A stretch of 64,000 nt of DNA, taken from the NCBI GenBank assembly GCA_965287045.1, contig OZ336871.1, positions 18,476,001 to 18,540,000 on the forward strand, written 5' to 3'. Positions 25,914-38,963 of this stretch are shown piece by piece (position 1 is the first letter of the stretch; every line of letters begins with the position of its first letter). The position numbers were made by a program, and so were the translations under genes. Under the pieces are notes generated by a model. It had not been told where the DNA came from. It ran no database searches and saw only the letters and a list, made by a program, of their open reading frames with translations. Source of the stretch: Carcharhinus amblyrhynchos. Lineage: Eukaryota.

Positions 25914-26372
25914 CTAGAAGACATCTCTGTAGCTTTTACCTCTGTTTAAATGCCTAAAACACTGGCATTCAATTTTCTGGATGTCATTTTTAAAAAAAAG
26001 AGTTATTTTTACACTTGCAATTTCAAGCACCTCTTCATTTCTCTTATGATCTGTAAGTGCACATTTTAACAGCCACATTTCAAATACCTCTATATTATCT
26101 TTCACAGATCTTTGCATATGGTTCAGGTTTTTGAGGCATACACAAAAGTAAATATAGAAGTAAGTAGTATTGTATGAATCCTTTTTCTCTGTTAGAAGCT
26201 TGAATTTTCTTCGTGTTAGTACATTCTTCATCTTCACAAAAGTACCTTTGGCTATCATTATCCTTCATTTGATTTTGGCATTGAATCGAGTATCTCTGAT
26301 TATCATTTGCCCTAAATAGATAAAGTTATCTACTTGCTGCATTGTGACAACATCCACTTCAATCTTGATTGA
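25914..26372 (-). mobile_element. RTE-clade LINE ORF fragment
   Basis: QVDNFIYLGQ..RIMIAKGTFVKMKNVLT..IEVFEMWL..TDHKRNEEVL matches RTE C-terminal motifs. Confidence 0.7.
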
Positions 26373-26376
26373 GAGT

Positions 26377-27450
26377 TAAGAATATAAGAAATAGGAGCAG
26401 AAGTACGATCTACAGCCCCTTGTTCCTGCTTCACCATTCAAGAGAATCGTGCTTGATTGTTGACCTTAATTCCACTTTCTTGCTTGGCCTTGTGGTATTA
26501 TCACTGGACTATTAATCTGGAAGCTCAGCTAATGCTCCGGGGACCTGGGTTCGAATCCCACTACAGCAGCTGGTGGAATTTGAATTCAGTAAATAAAAAT
26601 CTGGAATCAAGAATCTACTGATGACTATAAAGCCATTGTCAATTGTCAGAGAAACCTATTTGGGTCACTAATGTCCTTTAGGGAAGGAAATCTGCTGCCC
26701 TTACCTAGTCTGGCTTACATATGATTCCAGAGCAACAGCAACTGTCAACTGCCCTCCAAGGGCAATAAGGGATGGGCAAATAAATGCGGGCCAGCCAGCG
26801 GCACCCTCGTCCCACAAATGAATAAAAAGAATCCCAATATTCCTTGATGTTCCCAGAGCCCAAAATTCTATTCCAGCCTTGAATATGGTTACTTAAGGAC
26901 CAACCAGCCCTCTGGGATACACAATTCCAAAGCTTGATAACACCTTGAGTGAAAAAATTCATTCCTCATTTCAGTTTGAATGATTGCCTCCTTTACTGAA
27001 GACCATCAATGGGTTTTTGATAAGAGAAGGGATTAAGGGTTATGGGGAGAGGGCGGGAATGTGGAACTGAGCCACGACAGATCAGCCATGATCTTATTGA
27101 ATGGCGGGGCAGGCTCGAAGGGCTAGATGGCCTACTCCTGCTCCTATTTCTTATGTTCTTATGATTCTCCTATCAAGAAGAATAACCTCTCATTACTCAC
27201 TCATACACTCAGTGAGATCCTCTCCCATTCTTCTAACTCCATCAAGTGTGAGTTCAGTCTACTCAGATGTTTCATCATAGATTAATCCTCTCTTCGGAGG
27301 AATCAATCTAATGAACATTCACTGCACTCCCTCTAAGGCAACAATATCCTTTCTTAAATAAGGAGATCAAAACAGTGAACAGTAATCTAGGTGTAGATTT
27401 ACCAGAGTATTGGACAACTGTAGCATTGTGAGGCTCATACTGACTCACTT
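26377..27450 (-). mobile_element. Old CR1 3' fragment hosting a family C SINE (26490-26830) and a young CR1 tail (27009-27163)
   Basis: taagaatataagaaataggagcag tail, NFFTQGVIKLWN motif; the CR1 sequence resumes after each insert. Confidence 0.65.
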
Positions 27451-28087
27451 TAGATAAACCTTTACAACAATCACGATTGCTATAGCAGCACGGTGGAATA
27501 GTGGTTAGCACAGCTGCCTCACAGCTCCAGGAACCCAGGTTTGATTCCTGGCTTGGGTTGCTGTCTATGCGGAGTCTGCACATTTTCCCCATGTCTGCAT
27601 GGGTTTCCTCCCACAGTGCAAAAGACATTCAGGTGATTTGAATTGATTTGATTTATTATTGTCACATGTATTAGTATACAATGACAAGTATTGTTTCTTG
27701 CATGCTATACAGATAGAGCATACCATTCATAGAGAAGGAAACAAGAGAGTGTAGAATTAGTGTTACAGTTATAGCTAGGATGTAGAGAAAGATCACATTG
27801 GCCATGCTAAATTCTCTCTATCTGCCTGAACAGGCGCCAGAATGTGGTGACTATGGGATTTTCTCAGTAACTTCATTGCAGTGTTAATATAAGCCTACTT
27901 GTGACACTAATAGATAAACATAAACGATAAGTAGACAGTAGACAGTCTTTGGGTCTAGATGGCTTCAAGAACAGTTGCCAAGCATCGTGCACCTCATTCC
28001 CAACAGCCACACCAGGCGAGGCTGAAATGGCGAGGGGACATCTAGACAAACATTTCAAATGAAATGAAATTGGGGAAATCCCTTTCA

Positions 28088-29104
28088 TGGAGTGCCCCAG
28101 GGGTCGGTGCTGGGGCCTCAGCTATTTACCATTTATATAGATGATCTGGAGGAGGGAACCGAGTGTATGGTATCGAAATTTGCTGATGACACCAAGATTG
28201 GTGGAACGGCAAATTGCGCGGAGGGTGTGGAGAGTCTGCAGAAGGATCTAGATAGGCTGGGCGAATGGGCCAGGAACTGGCAAATGGAATTTAATGTTGG
28301 CAAGTGCGAGGTGGTCCACTTTGGTAGGAATAATGGTAGGAAGGACTATTACTTACGTGGCGAAAAACTGCAGCAGGTGACGGTGCAGAGGGACCTCGGG
28401 GTCCTTGTGCATGAGTCGCAAAAACCCAGCCTGCAGGTGCAGCAGGTGGTCAGGAAGGCGAATGGGATGCTGGCCTTCATAGTGAGGGGGATTGAATATA
28501 AAAGTAGGGAGGTCTTGCTGCAGCTGTATAGGGCATTGGTGAGGCCGCAGCTGGAGCACTGTGTGCAGTTTTGGTCGCCGCACTTACGCAAGGATATTTT
28601 GGCCTTGGAGGGAGTGCAGAGGAGGTTTACTAGGCTGATACCAGAGTTGAGGGGATTGAGCTATGAGGAGAGGCTGAATAAACTAGGCTTGTACTCGTTA
28701 GAGTTTAGAAGAATGAGGGGAGATCTCATTGAGACGTATAAGATGATGAATGGGATGGGTAGGATAGAGGTGGAGAGACTCCTCCCGCTCAGAAAGGACT
28801 AAGGGGCACAGCCTCAAGATAAAGGGGAGGCGGTTTAGAACGGAGTTGAGGAGGAACTTCTTCACTCAAAGGGTGGTGAATCTCTGGAATTCTCTGCCCG
28901 TTTAGGTGGTGGAGGCTGCCTCGCTAAATATTTTTAAGACGCAGGTTGATGGGTTTTTGATAAGCGAGGGGATTAAGGGTTATGGGGAGAGGGCGGGAAT
29001 GTGGAACTGAGACACGACAGATCAGCCATGATCTTATTGAATGGCGGGGCAGGCTCGAAGGGCTAGATGGCCTACTCCTGCTCCTATTTCTTATGTTATG
29101 TTCT
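28088..29104 (+). mobile_element. Young 5'-truncated CR1 LINE (RT domain C-terminal half plus 3' UTR)
   Basis: 236-aa open frame with PQGSVLGP, KFADDTK, YRALVRPQLE, ERL..LGLYSLEFRRMRGDLIE; tail cctatttcttatgttatgttct; GC/CpG-rich. Confidence 0.92.
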
Positions 29105-30918
29105 AATGTTGTCAGACTTAGACAACTTTGCTGGGACTGAGTTCCCGGCTAAATATGAAGCAATGTCTTAAAAGCAATACAAAGAGACTAATGCTCAACT
29201 CCATTCAAAAATTCATACAAAGGCAAAATATTGCAGACCCTGGAACTTTGAAGTAAAATTAGAAAATGCTGGAAAGGTTCAGCAGGACAGGCAGCATCTG
29301 TGGGGGAAGAATCAGAGGTAACAGATTGGACTTAGGAGGGCACCAGGTTACTGCCTCCACCTCGGGTGCCTACCCAGAGAAAGAACAGCTACTCCAAAGC
29401 CACTTAATTGCAGTTTGGCCATTAATAGACTGGAGGTGGGCCTCCTTCGCCTCGGCAACAGGAAGTCCCTCCACAGCAAGGTTCGAGCCAATTCGAGGTA
29501 GGAGCGGAGGTCATTGCCAGTATTACACTGGGGCCTTCACCAGGTGTTGTTACTGGATCCCTGAAGAGAGGGGAGGGAGGAAGGAATGGGGAAGCAAGGG
29601 TATCAGTGAGGAGGAGGGGAGTGGGTGGTAGCTCACCAGGGGGCCTCTTAAAGAGAGAAACCCCTCTTGCCTGCCACCAGACCACAAAGGGAAACCTGCC
29701 AGGCCTCTCCAATCACTGGTTAACTCTTGGCAACGATGGGAGAGACACTCAAGGATCTCTTAATTACCCATTTAAGGGTCTCAGTACGGTTCAATGAAAA
29801 GAGTTTGAAATGTAAAAGAGTTTGAACATGGGAAAAGGGGGCACAAAGAAGAACAAAAAGGAAGATCTGTGGTAGCGGCAAAAGCTGGAGATATTAAATG
29901 ACAAAACATTTCATGGTATAAAGCCAAAATGAGTGGTAATGGGGCAAGATGCACTTTTTGGGCCTTACAGACTGATGAAATGAAATACTAAACAGTTTAG
30001 AAGAATCATAGAATCCCTACAGATCAGGCCATTCAGCCCATCAATGGGATTGTGTTCAGTGCAGACTCGATGGGCCGAAGGGCCTCTTTCTGCACCGTAG
30101 GGTTCTATGATTCTATGATCAAGTCTCCATCTCTCTGACAGAAAATTTTACCCAGGTCTTCTCCCCTGCCCAATCCCCAGAACCCAACACATTTCCCAGA
30201 GTTAATCCATTTTACCTACACATCTTGGGACACTAAGGGACAATTTAGCATGGCCAATCCATCTAGCCTACACATCTTTGGACCGTGGGAGGAAACCAGA
30301 GCACCTGGAGCAAACCCACGCAGACACGAGGAGAACAAGCAAACTCCAGGCAGACAGTGACCTGAGTCCGGAACTGAATCCAAGTCCCTGGGGCCGTGAG
30401 ACAACAGTGCTAACCACTATGCCACCGTGCCGCTCATAAGATATTATTCCTGCATGCAACTTCTGATGCATATCCAATTTGCTTCAATCTAGAAAATAAA
30501 ATCGAACTCTTAACATTTAAAAACCTGTTAGAACTCATTAGGGTTACTAATCTTGTCAAGAAACAAGCCAAGCGCAAGGAACATCATTCAAAATACAATT
30601 ACAATACATTCCATTTTGATAGTGTCAGGTCAACAAATGGCAATTCTATTTGCAGTAGCAGCATTACAGCAGCTCTTTAGAGAGAAACACCTCGAGGCAA
30701 GAATCACTGCTGATCAGAAATCACGATTAGGAACACTTTCTCGTTAATAGTAAGTCCTATGTTTTTTCTACGTGGTGCTGAAGTAGACCAGCCTTTTAAA
30801 ATCCATCAACACAAGGTTGTAGCATTTGCGGCTCCCAATATTTAGTTTAAAAATGTCCCTAGTTAGACGATTCACTGGCACACTGGTCCCCGCATGGTTA
30901 GGGTGAATGCTGTCCCAA

Positions 30919-31856
30919 TAAGAAGTCTCACAACACCAGGTTAAAGTTCTGATGTAGAGATGCCAGCATTGGATTGGGGTAAGCACAGTAAGAAGTCTCA
31001 CAACACCCCAGGTTAAAGTCCAACAGGTTTATTTGGTAGCATGAACTTTCAGAGTGTTGCTCCTTCTTCAGACGAGTGAAGAGTTGGGTTCACAAACAGG
31101 GCATATATAGACACAGACTCAATTTACAAGATAATGGTTGGAATGCGAGTCCTTACAGGTAATCAAGTCTCAAAGGTACAGACAATGTGAGTGGAGAGAG
31201 GGCCAAGCACAGGTTAAAAGAGATGTGTATTGTCTCCAGCCAGGACAGTTAGTGAGATTTTGCAAGCCCAGTCAAGTCGTGGGGGTTACAGATAGTGCGA
31301 CATGAATGCAAGATCCTGGTTGAGGCCGTCCTCATGTGTGTGGAACTTGGGTATCAGTTTCTGCTCAGTGATTCTGCATTGCCGTGTGTCATGGAGGCCG
31401 CCTTGGAGAACACTTACCCGAAAATCAGAGGCTGAATGTCCTTGACTGCTGAAATGTTCCCCAACTGGAAGGGAACACTGTTGCCTGGTGATTGTCGAGG
31501 GGTGTCCATTCATCTACTGTTGTAGCATCTGCAAGGTCTCGCCAATGTACCACGCCTTAGGATATCCTTTTTTGCAGCGTATCAGGTAGATAATGTTGGC
31601 CGAGTCACAGAGTATGTACCATGTACCTGGTGGATGGTGTTCTCATGTGAGATGATAGCATCTGTGTCGATGATCTGGCACATATTGCAGAGGCTGCTGT
31701 GGCAGGGCTGTGTGATGTCGTGGTCACTGTTCTCCTGAAGGCTGGGTGGTTTGCTGCGGACAATGGTCTGTTTGAGGTTGTGCGGTTGTTTGAAGACAAG
31801 AAGTGTGAGGATAGTCTTGGCAAGTCCAACAGATTTATTTGGTATGACAAGCTTTT
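30919..31856 (-). mobile_element. Penelope-like element (GIY-YIG C-terminus, partial tandem terminal repeats)
   Basis: WYIGETLQ...MNGH...PVGEHFS..GHS.SD.RVSVLQGGL...EQKLI..F.T..DGLN; terminal-repeat pieces at ~30919-30948, 30989-31075 and 31823-31856. Confidence 0.85.
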
Positions 31857-32579
31857 GATCGGGTGAGTGGCTGTCCCTATAGCACAGTTCAGTCTTTCTC
31901 CAGTCCTGGTGCCTTGGAACTCACACTCTCAGCTGCAGAGAACTGTGTCTATCCCCATAACTATACTGTCCCCTATAAAATAACATTCCTTTTTACTCTC
32001 TGCACCACAGCCAATATGCTCATCTTCCCTGCTTGGTTCATACAAGTTGCAAGAATTTCAAAACTATTGGACAATTGCAAAGGCTAAGACTCCTCCATTG
32101 CTGTCTTCTAGATCCCCATGCCCGCTTCACACGTAGTTGCGCCACTTGTCTCCAACCACAGACCAAATCTGAAGGGATGTGGCTGTCTCTCGGGAAAAAT
32201 AAATTCCATGTAAGATTCCCCCTTCCTGATGCATTATAGTGTCAGAAGCTCGAAGCAACAGCTCATCAACCCAGAACTAAAATTCTTTGAGCTACAGATG
32301 CTTATTGCAGATTTGGTTGCCATGAACCACATGGTGTGTCCATCAGCTCCCACATAATACAACTGCAATATATCTCATGTCCTGGTATCTTTATTGTGTT
32401 GAAGTTATCTCCTGTCTTGGTATCTTTATTGTGTTTAAGTCAACTAGTTAGTCTCAAGTTTAAAAATGTCACTGTTGCTGTATGTTGTCATACCACATAA
32501 TTTAACTAGTTAAGGTTCAAATTTTATGCAATAGCTAGATGCCCCCAGAGGGGTAGGTGGTGACATAGTAGTAATGTAG

Positions 32580-34169
32580 GGGCCAATTCTCCCATAAAAA
32601 GCTCTAAGTACTCAATTTATTGGAAAACTGGCGTAAAGCACAATTTTATTTTAGTGTTTACACTAGAATCTCCAACACTCTACGAAGGTCACAATTGTGA
32701 AGTTCGGAGGACAGGGCCATTCACACTGGAGTCTGACAGTTCCAGACCTCAGCATGTGCGCAGTGTCTCCGAACTGTCAGCCTGTAGTTTGCTGGCCAGC
32801 TCGATTACTGGCCAGCGAGTCAACCCGGGTTCAATTCCAAACTTTGGTCTGCATGGAGTTTGCATGTTCTCCCCATGTCAACGCATGCTTTCTCCATGTG
32901 CTCCGGGTTCCTCCCACAGTGTGGATATTAGGTGGATTGACCATGACAAATTCTCCTTTAGTATCCCAAGATGTGTAGGTTAGGGGAATTAGTGGAGTAA
33001 GTGTTCAAGGTTGTCGGATGAGATGAGGGGAGGACCTGGGTAAGATGTTGTGTCGGTGCAGACTCAAAAGGCCAGATAGCCTCATTTAGCACTGTAGGGA
33101 TACTATATGATGATTCAAATCTCCCAGTGTTCCCTCACTGCACTCACACTTCGTTCATGCACTGCTCAAAATGTTTCCTCCAAGCCCCAGCATGATCCCA
33201 GACTTACTTGGGTTCCAGGCATCCACATTTACTCTTCCTCCTTGGTCTCCTGCAGTACCATCAGTGTGACTTCCTCATGGGCAAAACAGGATAAGCCAAA
33301 TGAATGTGGGTTCACAGCTGACATTTACCCTGGGCTGTGGGTAGCTTAGCCTGAACGTATCATTTGGAGCTGTTAATCCAGCCCAATATTGCTATGTTCT
33401 GTAGAGTGGAGTTTGACTTGAAAAGGCCCAAGGAAAGGTCCAGTTTGGGGTCCCTACCTTCCGCAAGGTAAGTGATACCAACACCAAGCTACAAAATGCA
33501 CACAATCATGAAAAAGCATTTGCAAACCGTAATATAAAAAATACTTGAACAATTAGAATCACAGAGGTTTCTTTCACTTAATCAGCTCAGGAATCCTGAC
33601 TGCATCTGGAATTCCACGTCATTGCAAAGGATTACCACTGCCCTGATATTCCGGAACAAATCAGAGAAAAACTAATTCAGGCAGCACAATGGCACAGTGG
33701 TTAGCACTGCTGCCTCGCAGTGCCAGGGACCCGGACCCCTGACATGTCCCCCATCATGACTCCCATCATACTCCATCCAAGCATGACACACCTGAATAGA
33801 CCCCTCCCCTTTATGGTCTTCCCCTTTCATAGCACCCCCATCAAGATCCCCCCCCCCCCGCCCCTCCCCCACTCCCCACACCCATCCCACTTCATGATCT
33901 CCACTCAGGCCTCGCCAGTCGTGATCGCGCTGGCACGGCTGCTTCACGGAGAGTAGGGAACATTCCAGGAGGCGGGAACAATCATGGGCCGAACTCGCTA
34001 ATGAGACTGATATCCAGTCAATCTCATGCAAATTGGTTCGCACCAATAGAGAGGGGCCAGGACGATTACAAACTGACAAAACGGGTGTAAAACAGATATT
34101 TAGACCCACACATTATTTTCTGGGATCAGTGCAATCGGCAGCAGGCACGGCAAGGTCAGAATATCGCCC
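32580..34169. mobile_element. Harbinger-type non-autonomous element or composite with nested SINEs
   Basis: Left end ggggccaattctccc, right end agaatatcgccc; V-SINE at 32810-33108 and SINE head at 33680-33735 lie inside. Confidence 0.45.
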
Positions 34170-34569
34170 TTTCTGTTTCTATTGCTCAATTCCAGTTACT
34201 TAACAAATGTCTGGACAAAGTAAAAATCACATTGTAGTACAATGAAAAATCAACGAGAACTTAAAACAGGTCAAAAACATTGTATTTGATAAGAAAGACA
34301 TTGGGTTTGTCTGCAATTAAGTATTTAACCCAGTAACCAAAATAGAACACATTATGCAACTGAAGAACACCATAATTGGTCCAAGTTTTAAGCAGAGATA
34401 CTCTAGTCAGGTTTGCCAGCCCTCACTCAAATCTGCATCGCATCTTATGCTCCACTGCCTGCATCATAACTTGCACCAAATCTGACACACACATGATCTG
34501 GCACTCACTGACCTCAATTGATCCCTGGACCAGCAGTGCCTCAATATTAAAATTCTTATCCTTGTGTCC

Positions 34570-35215
34570 CTGGGTGGCACAGTGGTTGGCACTGCTGCCT
34601 TATAGCACCAGGGTCCTGAGTTCAATTCTGTGCGAGACTTCTTATTGCATTCAATTGTGGCCTCAAGTGACTGTCTGTGTGGGGTTTGCATATTCTCCCC
34701 ATGTTTGCATGGTTTTCCTTCGGGTGCTCCAGTTTCCTTCCACAGTCCGAAAGACATAGTGGTTAGGTGGCACAGTGGCTAGCACTGCTGCCTCACAAAG
34801 CAAGGGACCCAGGTTCGATTCCTGGCTTGGGTCACTGTTTGTGTGGAGTCTGCACGCTCTCCCCATGTCCGTGTGGATTTCCACCGGGTGCTCCGGTTTC
34901 CTCCCACACTCCAAAGATGTGCAGGTTAAGTTGATTGGCCATGTTAAATTGACCCTAGTGTCAGGAGTTTAGTGGGGTAAATGGGTAGGCTGGGGGAATG
35001 GGGCCTGGGTGGGATTGTGTTGGTGCAGACTTGATGGACTGAATGGCCTCCTTCTGCACTGTAGGGATTCTATAAAGGTGCATTGGTCATGCTAAATTCT
35101 CCCTCAGTGTACCCGAACAGGCGCTAGAGTTTGTCAACTAGGGGATTTTCACTGTAACTTCATTGCCGTGTTAATGTAAGCCTACTTGTGACACAAATAA
35201 ATAAACTTTAAATAA
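34570..35215 (+). mobile_element. Tail-B V-SINE with a CR1-tail V-SINE nested at 34770-35075
   Basis: Host breaks at ttAGGTG (34765-34769) and resumes AGGTGcattggtcatgctaaattct at 35076. Confidence 0.85.
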
Positions 35216-36559
35216 ACCTCTCCATGACCTCATCCCTCCCTATCTTTGTCAGTTCCTCCAGTCCTACAATTCTCAGGGATCACTGCCTTCTACAACTCTG
35301 GCCTCTTGCGCATTTACCTCTGCAATTGGCAGCCATGCCTTCATTTGCCTAGACCTTACACACTGGAATTCTCTCATCTTCTACCTCTCTCTCTCTCTCT
35401 CTCTCCCCCTTCTGCTAAGGCTCTCCTTAAAACCTACCATTAAGGCCAAGCTGCTGATGTCTTTTTAAGCAGGTTAATGTCAAATTTTGTCCAAAAAAGC
35501 TGCAGTGTAGCATGTCAAAACATTATACTACGCCAAATTAGTGTTATATAAATATCAGCCAATGTTCTAGAAGTTCTTCCCAAAACATCTCCAACTCTCT
35601 ATATACTGCCCCTTTTATGAGGCACTCCTAAAAACCCACCACTTTGACCCAAGTTTCTCCTTCTGTGACCCTGAGCCAAAGGGCGGAATTTTACGGCTGT
35701 TCACGCCAGCAGGATTTTCTGGTCCTGCTGCAGCGAACGGATATTTATCTGGGCACCAAAGTCTCTGCCCTTGCTTCAGCGGCAGTGGGGCATGAAGGGA
35801 TGGTAAGATGGCGCCCAAAATTTAATTAATAACACGCCAGGGAGGTGCCTTGGGATGTTTTCCTTTGCAAAAGTCATTAGGCAGGATTTTCCAACCGCGC
35901 TCACCCCAATGCCAGAAATTCCTGCCCGAGGACAACAGACCTTTGCATGGTCCGCCCCAGCTTGCTACAATTCCCGTGGCATGTGGGATGAGAAAATTCC
36001 ACCCAAAGTTTTAACGTCAGTGAGTATTCTCTGAAGAAATCTCTTACAAACAGAAAAAAAAATTGAAGAAATTCAACAAGGGAATTCCAGACCTTAGAAC
36101 CAAGAATAATGGTTTGATTAAACTCGATGACACGATGTTGGCCAGAATCAAGGGGGTTAAAGATCTTGTGGTGTTGTCAGACTGGAACAGGTTACAGACT
36201 CAAGGATGGGGACGTGTGGCTATGGAGAGATTTGAAAACAAGAATGAGGACTTCAAAATTGAGGCAGTGTCAAACCCTCACAGTTCAAGTTACACCCAGA
36301 GTGAAAACCACATTCTCCCTTTCCCACTACATCAATTTGGTCATAAGAACATATGGTCTCAATCGCCGGTTGCTGAGAACAGAGAGGAAATGAAGGCAGT
36401 GAAGTGAAACATTGCAAGTCATTGCAGGAACTACCCAGAGAGCCAAAAACAGGCCAGACACAAAACTAAAAATAGATCTGAAGCAAAAAAAGGAAGACTT
36501 GCAGTTATATAGCACTTCTTATGCCCTCAGGTCATCTCAGCACATTAGAGCCAAATGTA

Positions 36560-37022
36560 GTCCCTCCGAAAAGGATGTTACTGGGAATGGAAGGTCTGAA
36601 TTATAAGGAGAGGCTGGGACTTTCTTTCCCTGGAGCACAGGAGAATGAGGGGTGACCTTATAGAGGTTTGTAAATCCAAGAGGGACATAGATAAGGTGAA
36701 TAGCCAAGGTCTCTTCCCCAGGATAGGGGAGTCAAATACTAGAGGTCATAGGTTTAAGTTGAGAGGGGAAAGATTTGAAACAAACCTGAGGGGCAGTTTT
36801 TTCACACAGAGGGTGGTGCATATATGGAATGAGCTTCCAGAGGAGGTAGAGATGGGTACAATTACAACATTTAAAGGACATTTGGACAGATACATGGACT
36901 GGAAAGATTTAGAAGGATATGGGCCAAATACAGGCAAATGGGACTAGTTCATTTTAGGAAACCTGGTCGGCATGGACCTGTTGGGCCAAAGGGCCTTTTT
37001 CTATGCTGTATATCTCTATGAA
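36560..37022 (+). mobile_element. CR1 LINE 3' fragment
   Basis: MRGDLIEV..TRGHRFKLRGERF..FFTQRVVHIWNELPEE plus tail. Confidence 0.85.
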
Positions 37023-38963
37023 TCCTGTAATGTAGGGACACATGGCAGCCAATATGCACACAACAAAATCCAACATTATTGCATTAACTGGCATGTAAAC
37101 TGTGATGGTGATGTTTGACGAGGTATAAATGTTGACCAGGATGAAAGGAAAATGCCCCTGCTCAATTTTTTTGGCATATACCCAATGGAATTGCTGGAGA
37201 GTACTTTGGTTTTTCATTTTATTCAGAAAAGCACATCACTGGCTGTGTAGCAGTCCTTCGATACTGCAGTAGATTATGGGCTGAAATCTCTGTTGTGGGA
37301 CTTGAACCTGTAATCTTCTTGCTCAAAGGCAAGAGAACTACCACAAAGCCAAGACAATCGATTAAAAAATTTGATGGTTAGTGCCAGATGTCACATGATT
37401 ATAGTATCAGAGGTGAAGAATCAAGAGTTTTTCTTATTCATTTATGGGACATGGGCATCACTGGCTGGCCAGTATTTATTGCCCATGCCTAGTTGCCCTT
37501 GAGAAGGTGGTGATGAGCTACCAGCTTGAAACATTGCAGTCCACCTGCTGTGGGTTGATCCACAATGCCGTTAGGGAGGGAATTCCAGGATCTTGACCCA
37601 GTGACTGCGAAGGAACAGCGATATATTTCCAAGTCAGGATGGTGAGTAGCTTGGCGGAGAACTTTCAGGTGATGGTGCTCCCATATATCTGCAGCCCTTG
37701 TCCTTTTAGATGAAAGTGGTTGCAGAGAAGTAGGAAAAGTGTTTAATTTCCTGATCCAACCACCATATGTTAGATAGGGAACCAGGATATGACAGTTCAA
37801 AGAAGGACCTATCATCCCCAAGTGAAAAGATAAGACTGACCTCCCCATCTTAACCAGAAACACATCAGGACTCACCAAGAGCCCAAATACAATAACCTCT
37901 AACCCAGAAAGGATTAGATCCTTGGGCAGGGAACTAGTCATGTGCACAGTTGCAACATACCCTAATGCGATGTATTGTCCCTGTTATGTATGCAAACAAG
38001 CATCATTGAAAAAGCAATCATAAACTGGTTTAATGTTCTGCAGTGGTACCATAAACTTTAAAGACTAAAGATTAAACTCTTTTTTTAATTTTACAAACAC
38101 TGCTCATTTACTTTCTTGGCCACACAATGTTTATGTTCTTTGTGCAATAAAGTAATCTTTATAGGAGTCACGGGATGCTTGGACTAAGTGTACTCAAAAA
38201 CCCATTGAAAAAAAATGTCAATTTAACCAGTGATATTCCAAGCATGGTCAACTCGAATAAATGGGTGGTTAGCACTGCTGTATCACAGCACCAGCGACTC
38301 AGGTTTGAGTCCCAGCCTGGGTCACTGTATATGCAGAATCTGCACATTCTCCCCATGTCTGCGTGAGTTTCCTCCAGGTGCTCTGGTTTCCTCCCACAGT
38401 TCGAAAGACGTGCTGGTTAGGCACATTGGCCATGCTAAAATTCTCCTTTAGTGAACCGGAACAGGCACCAAAATGTGGCAACTGGGGGATTTTCACAGTA
38501 ACTTCATTGCAGTGTTAATGTAAACCTACTTGTGACACTAATAAACAAACTTTAAATCTTTTACCCTTCCCAATCCTCAATTGCATGGCAGGGCTGTGAT
38601 TTGGGATTCCTGCACTGGGATGCACCAAAGGGTTACATTCAAAGTTTGGGCAAGATTAGAGTATGATAAGCTCTCTTCCTTATGGCAACATTAGAGCTTT
38701 CATACCAACTGTATGACCTAATATTATCATTTAATCTCATTAAATTAACTTGTACTTCAAAATTAAATGCAAAACCTCAACATTTATCTCAATACTGTTA
38801 TGAAAACATGCTTTATAAGAAAATGATTTATGAATTTACAAGCTTGAAACAACTAAGTTTATTTTTCAAGAAGGCTGAAGCCACATTCCATTGACTTGAT
38901 AATCACAATCAAAAATGGCCGAACATTTGCACAACATTTTAATGCCATTGGAATGGTGACAAC

